Positions 38,543 through 55,015 of a DNA stretch of 64,000 nt are shown here, in pieces. The DNA comes from the human T2T-CHM13v2.0 reference genome, Homo sapiens, in assembly GCF_009914755.1 (NCBI RefSeq), contig NC_060932.1. One strand, 5' to 3'. Position 1 is the first letter of the stretch; each line of letters starts with the position of its first letter. A program made the position numbers and the translations under genes. The notes beneath the pieces are model-generated. The model was not told the DNA's origin. It worked only from the letters and a program-made list of their open reading frames with translations, and did no database searches.

Positions 38543-40270
38543 GGAGACGGGGAGGGAGGAGAGGGCTCTGCCCCAGAGAAGAGCGCTGGCCCTGACTTGG
38601 AGCTAATGGAACAGAGAAGCTCCATTGTGTCTCTTTCTCAAGGCACCTCTCAGGAGTTCCGTCCTGAGCATAAATCCAATCCTTGAGTGAATAAATATTG
38701 TGTGGCACTCAGCCTGGAAAGCCTGCCCTTCCCCATCCTGCCCATCCATGTTCTTCTGTTTTGGAAGCCCAGTTCAAGGTCCAGCTTCTCCAAAATTCTT
38801 CTAGACGGTGCACTGTGGCTGTGTCCTACGGCAGCATTTTGGTTGCTTATAGGAGTCCCACACGTGGGGACCCTGGCCTTGGCTTAACAACATAATCAAA
38901 TGTCAGGGCTTGGAGGAGGTTCAGAAACAATCCTGAAGTTGTCCTTGGAGCTCTGGAGTCCCCAGGAAGAGCCTCGGAGGACAGGAGGAGGCTGGGTTGA
39001 TGGGATTCCCTGACTGCCACCCGGAGTACCCAGGGTTTTTCTGCCTTTTATATTAGGGTTCCACTCAAGAGCTTACTTATACAAAGGATCCCATAGACTT
39101 TTTTTCAATCATTCAATTCACCAAATATATATAAAAATATATACCTATATCTCCCCTGCAATATGGCAGGCAGCATCCTGGGTGCTAGGAACACAGAGTG
39201 AAAGAAACACAGAAGTTCACATATTCTTGGGACGCATACCCTACCATGACTCCACTGGGTCCTAGGATGTGATAGATGAAGACTGAGATTAGACTGCTGG
39301 GATCCTGTCACCCACTAATGTCAGAATTGGAATCTAGCCTTCTCTGATTTCTGGGTAGAACAAGGTGAGTCTAGCTAGGCTGGCAGGAAAGGAAGAGTAC
39401 CAGGAAAAGGAGAGGAACACGGGAATAATTTAGGGTGGGAAATAACTTTTCTTGGAAGAGACAGAAAATCAATAGGTTACAGAAAGAAGACAATAGTCTT
39501 GGGGTCAGGGAAACTTGCCTTTGAATTCTGTCCCCCTTCTAAAGAAAGTTGTATTCATATTGACAGCCATCTCCGACTGCAGGTGTTTTTCATTTTCAAA
39601 TTGCCTCTCACACGTGAACATCGGCGTTCACTGATGTGCAGGGAGCATACAGGGAGTGCTGGCTGGCCCTCTTCCTGCCCTGCCCTCTCTGAGATCATTA
39701 GCTGTACTAAGCTTTCCAGTGTCCGAACTCATTTCCTTTCTACTGAAGCTCTTACCTCTGGATGCTGAACCTCTTCTTTTTAGCTCCATTTAACAGCCTG
39801 GCTCCACCTCCCATCAGCTACCTACTGGACAGCCACCATAGGCACATTCCCGAGACTGTTCTCTCACCCCTGAACAAGCCATGGGGGGTTGGAGGAGAGC
39901 CTGAGGTCTGTCCTAGGCTAGGACAGAGGGAACAACAGCAGACATGGCCCCGGCTCTAGCAGAGGCTGCAATCTTGCTGAATTAACGACCGCCAAGGCCT
40001 GTGGAGACATGGCCTGAAGGGGTCCTTGCAGGATCTCAGAATGACAACACACAGACCTACAGGAGAGGTGGAGTCTGGGCAGGGCGAGAGCAGGCACGAG
40101 AGTAGAAGGTGGGAGACTCTGGGCACAGGTGTTGGGGGATGCACGGAGCTCCGGCAGGTAAACCCCTGCAGGTGATGTAGCTCAGATCAGAAACAGCCTG
40201 GAACACCAGCGTAAGCCCTGCAGACTTGGCGCCTTTTCCCACTTCAAATGTCAGTTCAGTAAACATTTGC

Positions 40271-41120
<850 letters not shown>

Positions 41121-41134
41121 TATGTATTTTATTT

Positions 41135-41900
41135 TTAACATATAGATTTTTAAAATACATAAATATATATTTAAAATATATATTTTTAAAATACATAAAA
41201 TATATATTTAAAAATATAATTTTAAAATACATAAAGTGTATATTTAAAATATAGATTTTTAAAATACATAAAGTGTATATTTAAAATATACATTTTTAAA
41301 ATACATAAAGTGTATATTTAAAATATAGATTTTTAAAATACATAAAGTGTATATTTAAAATATAGATTTTTAAAATACATAAAGTGTATATTTAAAATAT
41401 AGATTTTTAAAATACATAAAGTGTATATTTAAAATATACATTTTTAAAATACATAAAGTGTATATTTAAAATATAGATTTTTAAAATACATAAAGTGTAT
41501 ATTTAAAATATAGATTTTTAAAATACATAAAGTGTATATTTAAAATATAGATTTTTAAAATACATAAAGTGTATATTTAAAATATAGATTTTTAAAATAC
41601 ATAAAGTGTATATTTAAAATATAGATTTTTAAAATACATAAAGTGTATATTTAAAATATAGATTTTTAAAATACATAAAGTGTATATTTAAAATATAGAT
41701 TTTTAAAATACATAAAGTGTATATTTAAAATATAGATTTTTAAAATACATAAAGTGTATATTTAAAATATAGATTTTTAAAATACATAAAGTGTATGTTT
41801 AAAATATAGATTTTTAAAATATATAAAGTGTATATTTAAAATATATATTTTTAAAATATATAAAATATATTTAAAATATATTTTGTAAAATAAAATATAT
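41135..41900. repeat. AT-rich 37-bp minisatellite (VNTR), about 20 units
   Basis: Unit TTTAAAATATAGATTTTTAAAATACATAAAGTGTATA; AAGTG recurs every 37 bp from 41234 to 41826 (17 copies), plus degenerate flanking units. Confidence 0.97.
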
Positions 41901-41961
41901 ATTACAAAAATATATATATTTTTAAAATATACAAAATATATTTTAAAAATATATAAAATTT

Positions 41962-42040
41962 ATATGTAAAATAGATATGTGAAATAGATATGTAAAATAG
42001 ATATGTAAAATAGATATGTAAACTAGATATGTAAAATATA
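41962..42040. repeat. 14-bp tandem repeat (ATATGTAAAATAG/A), 5-6 copies
   Basis: Seen directly. Confidence 0.85.
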
Positions 42041-42743
42041 TATTTTAACATACTCAGAACACATGACTTTCTACCACATGTTCTGAGTATGTTATGGGTG
42101 GAGGAATGAGAGAGGGGTAAGACGCAGAACCCACCCTCAAGGACTGAACACAGGCTGCCTGGAATTCCTGCAGGTATCTTGTACTGAAATGCATGCAGGT
42201 ATTTCAGATGTGCTGCCCAAGGGTTAACGTACTCTTTCAAAAAACCCTCTTTACCGAATGTTCTAGCTGTCATGAAGTGGCCACACTGGGGCTACTCAGA
42301 CTTACCTGCTGTTTCCACAGATGCCAACTACCTGACGTCGTGCTGGTCTTAGCACCGCCCGCACTCCAGTTCCAACCTCAGAGAACACACAAGTTTCTTG
42401 CGGCCTCTGATTTATCACCACAACAAATCTGAATAGCCACACATGTGAGTGTTGCTTTTGATGAGAGCCCTCTTTCCGCTTATTTGCTTGATAACAACAG
42501 AAAATAGAAAATACTGGTTTCCACTACTCAGTAGCCAGGACAAGGAGCCATAACATTTTGCAAATCTAAGATGCCTAATACCTGAGTTTCTCTCTTTTTC
42601 GTCATCAGACAAGCGCTACCTGCATCACAGCACAGGCTGGACTCCACGGGATGAATTCAACAGAGGCTTTTCAAATCCTGAATTACAAAGCTCATGGAAA
42701 GATGAGGGATAATTTCTCAACTGAACAATAAAATTATTCTTGG

Positions 42744-43097
<354 letters not shown>

Positions 43098-43327
43098 TTA
43101 TTGATACTTTAGACTGTGATGAAAAAAATAAATAAAAGGCAACCTCTACCTCAGTTTGGAAGTTAGAAATGGTGTCATTTATGAAGGTTGCTGTGGTTTC
43201 CTTCAACCCCTTCTGTTTGCTGAAGTGGTTGAAATTCATTCTGACTCATGACTCTGAGCATCTCTTTCCAAGATCCCACCAGGTAACTAGAGAAGCAGCT
43301 CTGAGCGGCACATTCAAGAGTTTTCTC

Positions 43328-43637
43328 TTTTTTTGTTGTTGTTTTCCTTTTTTTGAGATGGAGTCTCGCTTTGTTGCCCAGGCTGGACTGCAGTGGTGCA
43401 ATCTCAGCTCACTGCAAGCTCCGCCTCCCGAGTTGACGCCATTCTCCTGCCGCAGCCTCCCGAGTAGCTGGGACTATAGGCGCCTGCCACCACACCCGGC
43501 CATTTTTTTTTGTATTTTTACTAGAGACGGGGTTTCACGGTGTTAGCCAGGATGGTCTCGATCTCCTGACCTCGTTATCCGCCCGTCTTGACCTCCCAAA
43601 GTGCTGGGATTACAGGCATGAGCCACCGCGCCCAGCC
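43328..43637 (-). mobile_element. AluY
   Basis: gcaagctccgcc, gccattctcc, gttagccaggatggtctcgatc; TSD aagagtttt. Confidence 0.95.
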
Positions 43638-44254
43638 AAGAGTTTTGTTTTCTTAAGAAAACTGCTGATGCACAGGTAAGATTGGGTGCATTCACCCTCC
43701 AGAATATCTGAGGAATAGGTTAGGGTACTGGTGACCTCAGAGACACAGAAAGGAGCATCACGCCTTGATTGGCACTAGGCTGTTTCCCCAGCCCCAGGCA
43801 TTTCTGAGTCTTAGGATCCCATGGATCTGTGAGCAAGAATAAGCAATGGACAATTCTTCCTCTCTTTGTGCAGTACGATGGGAGACACTGCTCTGGGGTC
43901 TCCAGCTCATGGTGAACCCTCAAGGATCTGCTTCTGAGCAAGCTGCCTTCTGAGGCCTCCACATTCTTGCTTGGGGCTTGGTCTGCAATTGCTGCAGAAA
44001 AATCAGGTGGAGCGCAATGGAGAAGATAGGTCTTGTACTGTCAGTTTACAGAGCAGTAACCACTGATGATAGGTGATGGTTCACCGGCAGTGTGGCTCTT
44101 TCTGTACGTTGGCTTGCTGTCTTATCGCATATTTTTCTGCATCATTAGAGCACCTTAGGCTTTCAAACAAGGTATAGTAGAAAGAATACTAGTCTACCAA
44201 CTACAGAATCCGAGTTGCAACCCTTGATCAATTAAGAGTTCTATTTTCAGAGAA

Positions 44255-44450
44255 CCTCATTATATACCAGACCCATCACACACAGCATCTTATTGCTTTC
44301 TCAACAATCCTCTGAGGAAAGAATATTGATCATCTCCTCTTTACAAATCAGTAAAAGAGGCTTGGAGGAACTGAATAACTTACACTCGAAGAGGTGAACC
44401 AGGGACTGGCCCAGGCATCGCCCAGAAATTGTCCTCTCAACCACACATGG
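44255..44450 (-). mobile_element. MIR SINE remnant
   Basis: caacaatcctctgagg...atctcctctttacaaatcagtaaaagaggcttggag. Confidence 0.55.
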
Positions 44451-45865
44451 CCCAAGTCTAACTTCCCTTGTGTTGCTTTCAAATCAGCCACAATCCAACT
44501 CCACTGCCTTGCCCTGCCCAACATCAATTCTCAAGGTCATTTTGCATATGGCCAAGAGAATATTCAAGGAGAAAACCCCTTAGTGCGTGGATTCTCAGAA
44601 GGTGGAGAAGACAGCAGGGGGAGTGCAAGATGCCATCCAAGGACAAGGCTAGAGGGAATGGAACACCCAGGTAGCACCTAAATTTTGCAATTTTGGGGAG
44701 CTCTGGTGACAGCATCCCAGGAAGAGCAATGTCCTCCCACGAGAGCTGCAATCAGAGGCACTAGAGTAGAAATCCTGTAACAGTAAGGAATTTTTCCACT
44801 GTGAGTAACAGGAAACCCTACACAAATTGGATTGCACAATAGAGAAATTGCATTGACGCAAGTAATGAAGCATCCAAAAGAAGCCCTGGAGCCTCGGCGA
44901 GGATGGGTCCAGCACTTCCATGAAGTCAGCAATGGCAGCAGGAGGCTTCTTCCTGCCTGCCTCTCAGCTCTGCCATCCACAGCATCGCTTGGGTTCCGAT
45001 GGCCTCAGGATGTCTCCAGCAGGTCCCAGCCTGTTCCATCCAGGAGAACCAGAAACTGGAATCACCCCATAAGTGGCAGCAGGGGGAGTTCCCACAAGAA
45101 AGTGCCCCAAACCATCCCTAGATGGGTCTGGTTAGGATTCCAAAGAAAGGAGCACTAAGCACAGGGTGATCAGCCCAGAGCATTGACGAGGGGAACTTAC
45201 AGAGGCTGCAGCAATCCTTCCCGCAGACAGCGAGGAAAAAGGGTGTTCTACCCACGCATGTCTGCAGTGAGGGGTTCAGGCCATGACGTTCATATGAGAG
45301 TTTAAAAAGTTTGGGTCAGGCCCAAGGCTATTTCTTTCATTGCTTTGGGCAACAACCTAGATCATTTTATCAGTGTCCAGGAATGTTCAAGGACCCAGTC
45401 TGGGGGTCAAGTCTGCTGGGGAAAACCTGCCACTGGCTGGATTATAGAGTCAACAGGACACAGAAAGAAAGCGGGGGTCCTGGGGGACCCAACACAGGGT
45501 TACTTCCTTCCCTATTTATTCTCATCCATCCAAGGAAAGCATTTTTCCAGTATTCCCAGGAATATTGGAAATTCTCAGGAAATATTGGAATATTCCCTGA
45601 GATTTTTCTTATTATCCAGGTTTCAGTCACTTTTCACCCCCAATTCACACATGGTCAGGGAACTGGAATGAGCCAGTTTGTTAGTCTGCAATCATGTTCT
45701 ATAAAATGATGTTAGAATCCGTTTTTCTTCAGTCTCATTGGTCCCTATCAGAAATTATCAGCGACAATACTGAGGAGATAATCAACAAATGTCTACAATA
45801 AATACTAATGTTACCTGACTCATGCACAATCAAGCAAGAACATTTGGTTTATAAACCAAAGGTAG

Positions 45866-46161
<296 letters not shown>

Positions 46162-47528
46162 AGGGGTAGATTACTAACTCAATGTTTCTTAAATGGAAGT
46201 CTAAAGAATTTTGGAGATGTCCATACTTCTCAGAATCTTTAACTCCATATAAAGTGAGAGAAGCAGCAGGCCTTATTTCCAACAAAGTTATTGGACTTTG
46301 TGTTTCACATTTTGGATCTGGAGTCACTCACCTGACAAGTGAATTCATGGGATTTCTTATTTATACCAGAGAAAGGGTCAAAAAGGCAAAGGGAAACTGT
46401 CAAACAAGAGATCAGTTACTAAAATGGCAGAACTACATATGTAGTCTGTGATGCCGTGGTCCAGGCCCAGTCTCGCTAGCCAGGCTGACACAGGGTGTAA
46501 TCACTATGGAAGCAAATCCGTCTCTCCTACCCGCCCTTATCCACTTGTTCCCTGTCCCTCAGCATAGTCCAAGGGCAATGTCGATCACCACCTATGAGGA
46601 GGGCTAGGAGAAATACTGCTCCTTCCCCATCCCCAAACACACATTCCTTACAGCCCGTGATGGACACGTGTGATTCACACATGTACCAAGTGTTGGAAAC
46701 ACCTGAGCTAGATGTTGCACACACGTGGCTTTTGGGTGAGATGGGTCATAGGCACACCCATCACATTGTTGGAGGAAGGGTCAAACATCCAGGCTGGCTC
46801 TGTGACCTTAAATTAGACAATGACCCCTGAAGCCAGCACCCAGTGAAAGGGGTCCCTGGCCCCCCTGCCTGATTTCCACAGTGCCCTTGGCCACTTCCCC
46901 TCCAGCTTGCTTGGGCCCTGGTCCAAATCTGTTTCTTTCCTCTTCACCCTTGTGATGCCTCCATCCACTTTGTGTCTCACATGTGCCTTGTAGTCACTCA
47001 ACAATCAATGCCCAGTTGAACCCAGGTCAACCCCCCAAGGATCATAGCCTCAGAACAAACCCCAGGTTAACCTTAACCCTAAATAGTGTGCCAAGGTTTA
47101 TAGCCTCAATTCTAAAGTTAAAAAAAATTCAAGTATATACATACATATATATACACATATATATGTTTCTCAGAGGAATATTATGATGCATGAAAAGATA
47201 CAGGTTATAAACCAAAATATATAAAGAAAGAGCATTTATTTGAATGTCATCTGCTTTTTTCTCTTATTTTCATAATATTAAAAATAAAAGTTAACTATTC
47301 TTTCCTGGAATTCCAATAAATTAAAATTATTCAATGGTATAATTTGACAATGGGCAAATTTTTCATTCTGAGACTATTCCATTCCTGGAAACTCTTTGAT
47401 GAAAATGCATAATGATCCAATGGCCAAGGTAGTTTAGAAACCAGCTTTCTCTGACCTAAGTCATCTGTTTTGTATTTCCCGTATATAAAATAATAATATC
47501 TCATCTACAAATACTAAGAAACTATGAA

Positions 47529-47817
<289 letters not shown>

Positions 47818-49279
47818 TGTAGAGGCCTTTTTCTGCCACCTCCGCATAGTCTCTCCTGATGGACACCCTTTGTGCAAAATTATCCACAACGTGTTCTCTT
47901 CTCTTAAGCATCTTCACAGTCCTCTCTCATACTCTGTTCCAACATGGTCACTTATGTGCACTTTATGTCTCCCCTTCTCTTGAATGTGAGGTTGTTATAT
48001 AAGAAGATTTGAGATAAGTAATGCATTACCCTATCTGATTTGCTATCCTTTAATCTATTTCTCCAGGGTCTTTTCTCTGCAAAAGGAAGAGTGAACAGTG
48101 TATCCTGTTCCCAGTGACTTGGCAGGTCCTGGTCATGAATCAGCCATTCTACCTTTAATCTTAGTGGACCAACCTGTCTCAAAAGAAAAACTACTTCTAA
48201 GTGAAATGTAAATGATACTGGCTTTATGCAAGGGTGCACTGCCGATTAATAGCATAAAAATGAGGTTTTTAAAATATCAAATACTTATATAATTTTCATT
48301 GTGCCAGAAATGGCTCTAAGTATTTTACAAACCTTGCTTATTTAACTTCATAACCACACTACAAGCTGGGCACTATTACCCCTATTTGCAGAAACCACAG
48401 CCAGAGAGTGAAGTAAGCTGTGCAAGGTCATCAACAGCCAGTCAACAGCCAGTCAATGGCCAGTCAACTCAACAGTCAGTCAACGGCAGACAGGTTGGGT
48501 CCAGTCCATGCCCTCAATTACAGCCATGCTGCATGTGAGTATGGAGTGAGCGGTATTTTTAAAAAAGCAAAAAATGTTATATAAACTGCAGATTTTATTG
48601 ATATTAATTCATTGTCACTAAAGGGAAAATGTGCTAACTATTAAGAATGCAATTTAGAGGTTATGAGTTTGAATTGGATGTTTGAAGTTATCCAGTTTCT
48701 TAGGCAACACAGAAAAGCAACTTGAATAGTTCAATGACATGTAACCTTTCAGAATATTTTGCTTTATGGTTTTATCATAGTTGCTTTTTTCTCCCCATGA
48801 ATAGAGCAAGACCTTCAGAATAAATTGTTCTCAAATAAGTAATGCAATATTTTATGTTCTGGTCTTTTAAGAAATCTTTACTCAATTCTGTGATGTATTG
48901 AAAGATATAGAATATTGTAAAATAACAGATGACTTGTGGTACACTTCAGTGAAATTTAAAACTCCACAATTGTTTGCATAAAAACATCAAAACAGAGAGG
49001 AAACATAGTATGGTGTTATCTTAAAGCCGCAGGAGTCATCAAAATAGTCCAGTTAGACTCAAAAAGGGACCAATAATTATTTTCCAGTAACCTTGTATAC
49101 TCGGCCAGTGCTAAATAGCAGTGATAGATACTTCCTGAGAAGGCGATAGCAGGAAAGAAGGGGTTTTTTAGCTGGAAGCCCTAAAAGTTGTGCAGGATGT
49201 TTTTGATTTAAAGATCATGCTGTAAAACTTCAGTTAACTCAATTAGATTTATTTGGCTTCAATTATTTGTCTTATTATT

Positions 49280-49670
49280 TTTAGGAACTATGGTTTTGCT
49301 GCAAGTAATTGAACCTCTCCAAATTTCAGTTTCTTCATCTATAAAGTTGTAAAAGCCCCAATGTCATATGTCTGTAGTGAGGATGAAAGTCAATGAGGTA
49401 AAGCATCATTATTATTTTAGGGGATACAGACAAAGGTGATGTTAAGAGAATGGGCTTTAGAGTCTGGCTGTGAAACCTCAGTCTGCCACTTTCTCTTTGA
49501 AAGACCTTAAGTTCATCTCCAAGCCTCAGCTTCTTCATCCATAAATGGAATAACAATAATCTTTATAAAGTTATTATAAGGATTATAAAAACCAATGCAT
49601 TTAAAGTACATTAGCATAGTGCCTTCAAGAAAGAAAGTGTTCAATATATATTAGCTCATATTATCATTGC
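49280..49670 (+). mobile_element. Two tandem MIR remnants
   Basis: tcagtttcttcatctataaag (49326) and cctcagcttcttcatccataaatgg (49524). Confidence 0.7.
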
Positions 49671-49894
49671 CATTAACACCATAATTATTGATTTTATATT
49701 CACAAATTAGCAAAAGTTCTTTACTTTTCAATTTATTATGAATACTACATCTCATGTATTTCTTCCCATTTTTCACTTTGTCACTTTTTCAATTCCCCCA
49801 ATGCTAAAATTCTCTCCTTTCTAGATGCCTAGACTTTAACATGACTTGGTTGATATTAGCCTGGCCATTCATGAAGAATTTATAGGCCTCCCTT

Positions 49895-50215
49895 ATAGTT
49901 AGACTGAGGTCATGTCCCTGGGTTAAGACTAATAGGAATTAGAACAAAGTGATGTACATCATCTCCAGACCAATCTTAAACCCTTCCACCAGGGAATCCT
50001 CTTGTGTGTTTGAGGCATATGGGGAGTAAGACGACATCACAAGATAGAAACGCTTGGATCCCCGAGTCACAGCCTGGAGGAGAGCCTCCCAGGAGACCTA
50101 TCCAAACTGTACTACATTTTGATATGGGCTAGAAATAAACATTTATTATACTGATACATTTAAATTTCAACGTTTATTTCTATCACCTCATAGCCTAAGC
50201 CTACCCTAACTAATG
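49895..50215 (+). mobile_element. Old MLT1 (I/J-like) LTR
   Basis: cttggatccccgagtcacagcctggaggagagc...agaaataaac...ccctaactaat. Confidence 0.65.
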
Positions 50216-50416
50216 AAACTGGCAATCAAGAAGTAGAATTACAAGTATGCATAAGTATCAAGATAAAATGAAAAATGATCAGAGGGGAACAAAAGAAAGG
50301 AAGAAGAAAAATTCTGAGAAAGAATGGAGCAATGACATGAGAGAGGACCAAAAAGAGCCTAGGACATTACCCTGCACATGTAGAGATTGATGGCAAAGGT
50401 CTATACAACAAGACTG

Positions 50417-50779
<363 letters not shown>

Positions 50780-51580
50780 TCAGATCTAGCTTAACTTTTA
50801 TAAATAAAGTAGAAATGGAAGAGTACTTTGCAGAGAGAAGACATGGTAGGAGAATGCTTGACTTTATACAATGGAGGAGTACAGTTCAGTCACATGAAAT
50901 ATGAATAAAAATGAGTGAATTTCAGAGCTTAAGGAAGCTTGGAGACCATCTGGTTCAACCCGTTACAGCTATGAAATTGCAAGTGTGTGGCTAAGCAGGG
51001 ACTAGAACCGGGACTTTCAAACACCAGATTCATGCGTTCCCCACCAGCCCCAGGCTATAAGACCTGGAAAGAAGAATAAAAATCCACTCTTACCTAACTG
51101 ACTTTGATTAATTAGGCTTTGTAACAAAGTAATTATCAACACAATTTCAGTATAGAATCTCTTAAGAGACTGTTCGCAGATGCAATATTTGTGAAGAGAC
51201 ATTTCATTTAATTACATTAGACAAGGAGATGGTCTCGACTTGGAAATGCTCAGGAAATAAACTTCTCAATGTAATTTCCCACTGGAGAGTATACACATAA
51301 TAAAGTCATTGACTTCAGCTAGCACTAATCAGTATTAATGCCTTCAATCATTGCCATCAATAGCTATCTTGGAGAATCACAAAATTTAACTGCCTTCCTA
51401 CAGTGGAGGCATAAACGGATACGGGTCCCCTTGTAGGAAGAGGACCAGGAGCTGCACCAATGGCTGTGTTTCCTCCTCGATGACCTTCCCATGAATGAAT
51501 GTGTCCCCCTTGGATACTGCCATCCACTCACCAGCCGTCCATTAGTTCTTCAGAAGTATTGATCAATATGCAACACTTAA

Positions 51581-51915
<335 letters not shown>

Positions 51916-52797
51916 TTAAATGCAATTTTTGAAGGTATCTCAAGGTGGGCCTTGGTAAATGGTAACTTTTCAAAGGTTGCCTGAAGCCATAACAACAGGG
52001 GGAGCACAGCATGCTGCCTTTCCCTGTCAAAGGACATGAGCCTTATTATCTCAGCAATATCCCAAAGCACCTCACAAGTCTGGGAAAAAAATTTCAAAAC
52101 AGCAAGCAATTTTCAGCCCCAAACTGCACAAATTAAAGCATTTCTCTCTGCTCTGAACTTATTCAGTCTCAGTACAGATATGTTAAATGAACTGACATAA
52201 GAAGTAAAATGAAAATTAAATTAAATTTGCCTTTTCCCTGCAGGGAACACTACCCATAAATAAAATGCTGCGAACCCAACTGTTTCCCTTTAGAACATAT
52301 GAGAAAACACTGTAATCAACTGCCCGCTAAGCAAAATGATCCTGGTTGTTCTCACCAAGTACTGCATTTCATGAGAATCATGGTGCATGCCTTACCAATA
52401 TGTTCATTGTCGTATTACTCTATAGCTGCATTAACCTTGCATGCCATGGTACCAAGCAGATAAGTGTAAAACATAGCCTGACTCCATATGTGAAAATCTC
52501 TCATTATTTTATCATTACTTCTTATACTGCTATTATTACCAGGCAATTGTTATTGTCCACAGTTTACAAATAAGCAAAGAGAAGTGTAAAGGAGAAAAGG
52601 AATGTCCAAAGTGTTAATGGATACTTGTAAACCACTGACATAGTCTGGGGCACAGGTAAGGACAGAACCCAGATGGTGCAATTCCTCATCTTTGGGCTAA
52701 GAGTCCACCTCGAAGGCTGTCACACAAGGTGATTATATCCTGTGGCTTTCCACAGCCATTAAGATTCTCAAATCAGCAGGAGGCTGTCTCCATACTT

Positions 52798-53115
52798 TGA
52801 GTTTCCAGGAGCAAACCACAACCCAATTTAGGAATATAATGAACAGCTGCATTTCAGCCAATCACAAACAGCCACATTTCAGCCAATCACAGGCAGCCAA
52901 CTCTTCATCCCTTGCCCAGATGAGGCAGATGCAGAGCTGTACCCAATCATCTGACCTCTCTATATTGCTTCCATGTTTGGCCTATAAAAGCTGGCTGCTC
53001 ATACTGCTGAGTGGAGCTCTCTGAACCTGCTTGGTTTCTGAGGGCTGTCCGATTCCTGAATCCTTTATTGCTCACATAAACTCTGCTAAATTTAATTCAT
53101 TTAAACCTTTTGACA
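52798..53115 (+). mobile_element. ERV1 LTR remnant (MER57/LTR54-like) with 3 CCAAT boxes and TATAAAA
   Basis: cagccaatcac x2, cccaatca, cctataaaagc at 52981, ggagctctctgaacct. Confidence 0.6.
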
Positions 53116-53621
53116 TGATTAATTCGAAAATTATTAAATGGCCCCCAAGACCCCATGTGTTCTGAGCCCTGCCTGCCCTTCCTGCCCCTCCTGCCTCAAC
53201 CTCTCACTTCACCCCACCTGAGTGAGGTACACAGCTCCAGCCACACACCAGGGCCGCCATCTGGCCTGCATCAGCTCCTGCTCATCATCACTTAGTTCTG
53301 TGACACCCACAGATGTCCCTCCCCCAGAGATGCCTTCCTTTACATTTCACTTTTTTGGCTTTCCATATTATTATACACTTTTTCTTCACAGTACTTACCG
53401 CTGTGTAAATACAGTCACACAAACACATATATACACACAGAAGTGTTTGTATGACTTTGTTTATATCCCTCACACGCATGCTTTAAATCTGTGCTGTGGA
53501 CCACTTCATACCCAGTGAATTGCCCAGGGCCTAGTATGCAGTAGGTGCTCAATAAATACTTCTTGTTTCTGAATCAAAATGTTAACCTGTTCTAACACGG
53601 ATGATAGGAAGGCGGAAAAAA

Positions 53622-53923
53622 TTTTTAGCAAACTAACACAAGACCAGAAAACCAAACACTGCCTGTTCTGTCTCATAAGTGGGAGTTGAACAATGAGAAC
53701 ACATGGACACAGGGAGGGGAATATCACACACCAGGACCTGTTTGAGGGTATGGGGTGAGGAGAGGGAAAGTATTAGGACAAATATCTAATGCATGCGGGG
53801 CTTAAAACTTAGATGATGGTTGATAGGTGCAGGAAACCGTCATGGCACATGTATACCTACGTAACAAACCTGCACGTTCTGCACATGTATCCCAGAACTT
53901 AAAGTAAAATAAAAATAAATAAA
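53622..53923 (+). mobile_element. 5'-truncated L1PA (about PA8-PA11) 3' end
   Basis: gagaacacatggacacagggagggg...taatgcatgcggggcttaaaac...tatcccagaacttaaagtaaaat. Confidence 0.88.
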
Positions 53924-55015
53924 TTTTTAAAAATGGATCTTCATTTTAAAGAGCTCTTTTTAATCATTTATAATGTTTCGCTGATTTTTGCATTTAGATT
54001 TTAATTCTTCATGGCTAGATTCCACCCAAAGACTTTTCTCTCAAAGCTAGGGGGAGAAAAAGAAGAAAAAAATAAGAACCCTTTTGGTAACATTTGAATT
54101 TTGTGAAATTTTAAATGATACAGTATCCAAATCAACCTCTGACTTCATTTTGAGTTCGATCACTTCAAAGAGAAATTCATTTATAAAACATCATATCTCT
54201 CTGGTCATTCACTGAATATTTACAACTACCAATCACTTTATTAAAAGGGAAATTAACGTAAGAAAATAACTGTGACAGGAAAAAATGTATTCATTTTTTT
54301 TTTCACTAGTTTTCAGAGCATCTTCCCTCCTGCTTCCTCCAACTTGGCCCCCTTCATCCCATTTCAATTTCCAAAATGCTGCACACAGTGAAAGGCCTTC
54401 TGTCTCAGCCAGCTCCATTCTTGAGTCTTAAAATCTGCCTTGCTTGTACTATCTCAGAAAAGCAAAACATCTCTCAAGGGAGATCAACAGAACAACCAAG
54501 AAATCCAAGGCCACTCAGGGCTGAGTCTGAGAAGGTTGAGGGAGTTGTGACACAGAGGGAGACAGAAACTGAAGGCATTTGTCAGTCTGTGCTGAACAGG
54601 GCTGGGGGAAGACAAAAGAAAAGATTTTAAAGTTTTGTTCCTATTTATAAATTGAACATATTTAGCCTTTTTTAAGAGACCAAGTAAAGATTTAAAGTTA
54701 TTGAGAATTCTATCCGGATTTTGAACATAAGTGTCTAAGGATCCAGCAGAGGCAAAACAGTCATAAATGCAAATTCCACAAGCTAAATAAGACATAGGGA
54801 ACCAAACAAAGAAATTCACGTAAAAAAACATAAGTGAAAATAATTAGCAGTTAGATAATCTGATCTCCAAAATGTTCCAACTCATCTAAAATTTTAACAG
54901 TCACTGATTTGACCAGTGTTCCGTGAATATTCTCTGTGTTCTGAGAGCTGGAACAGGACAGCAGAAGAAGAAAAGCAAGATCAAAAGAGGCTTCCCTGTA
55001 ACACCTTACCATTCT

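Noticed and set aside
41135-41900. Regular 37-bp periodicity resembling a CRISPR array
   Set aside because: Head-to-tail units with no unique spacers, no cas genes, and a primate genome context
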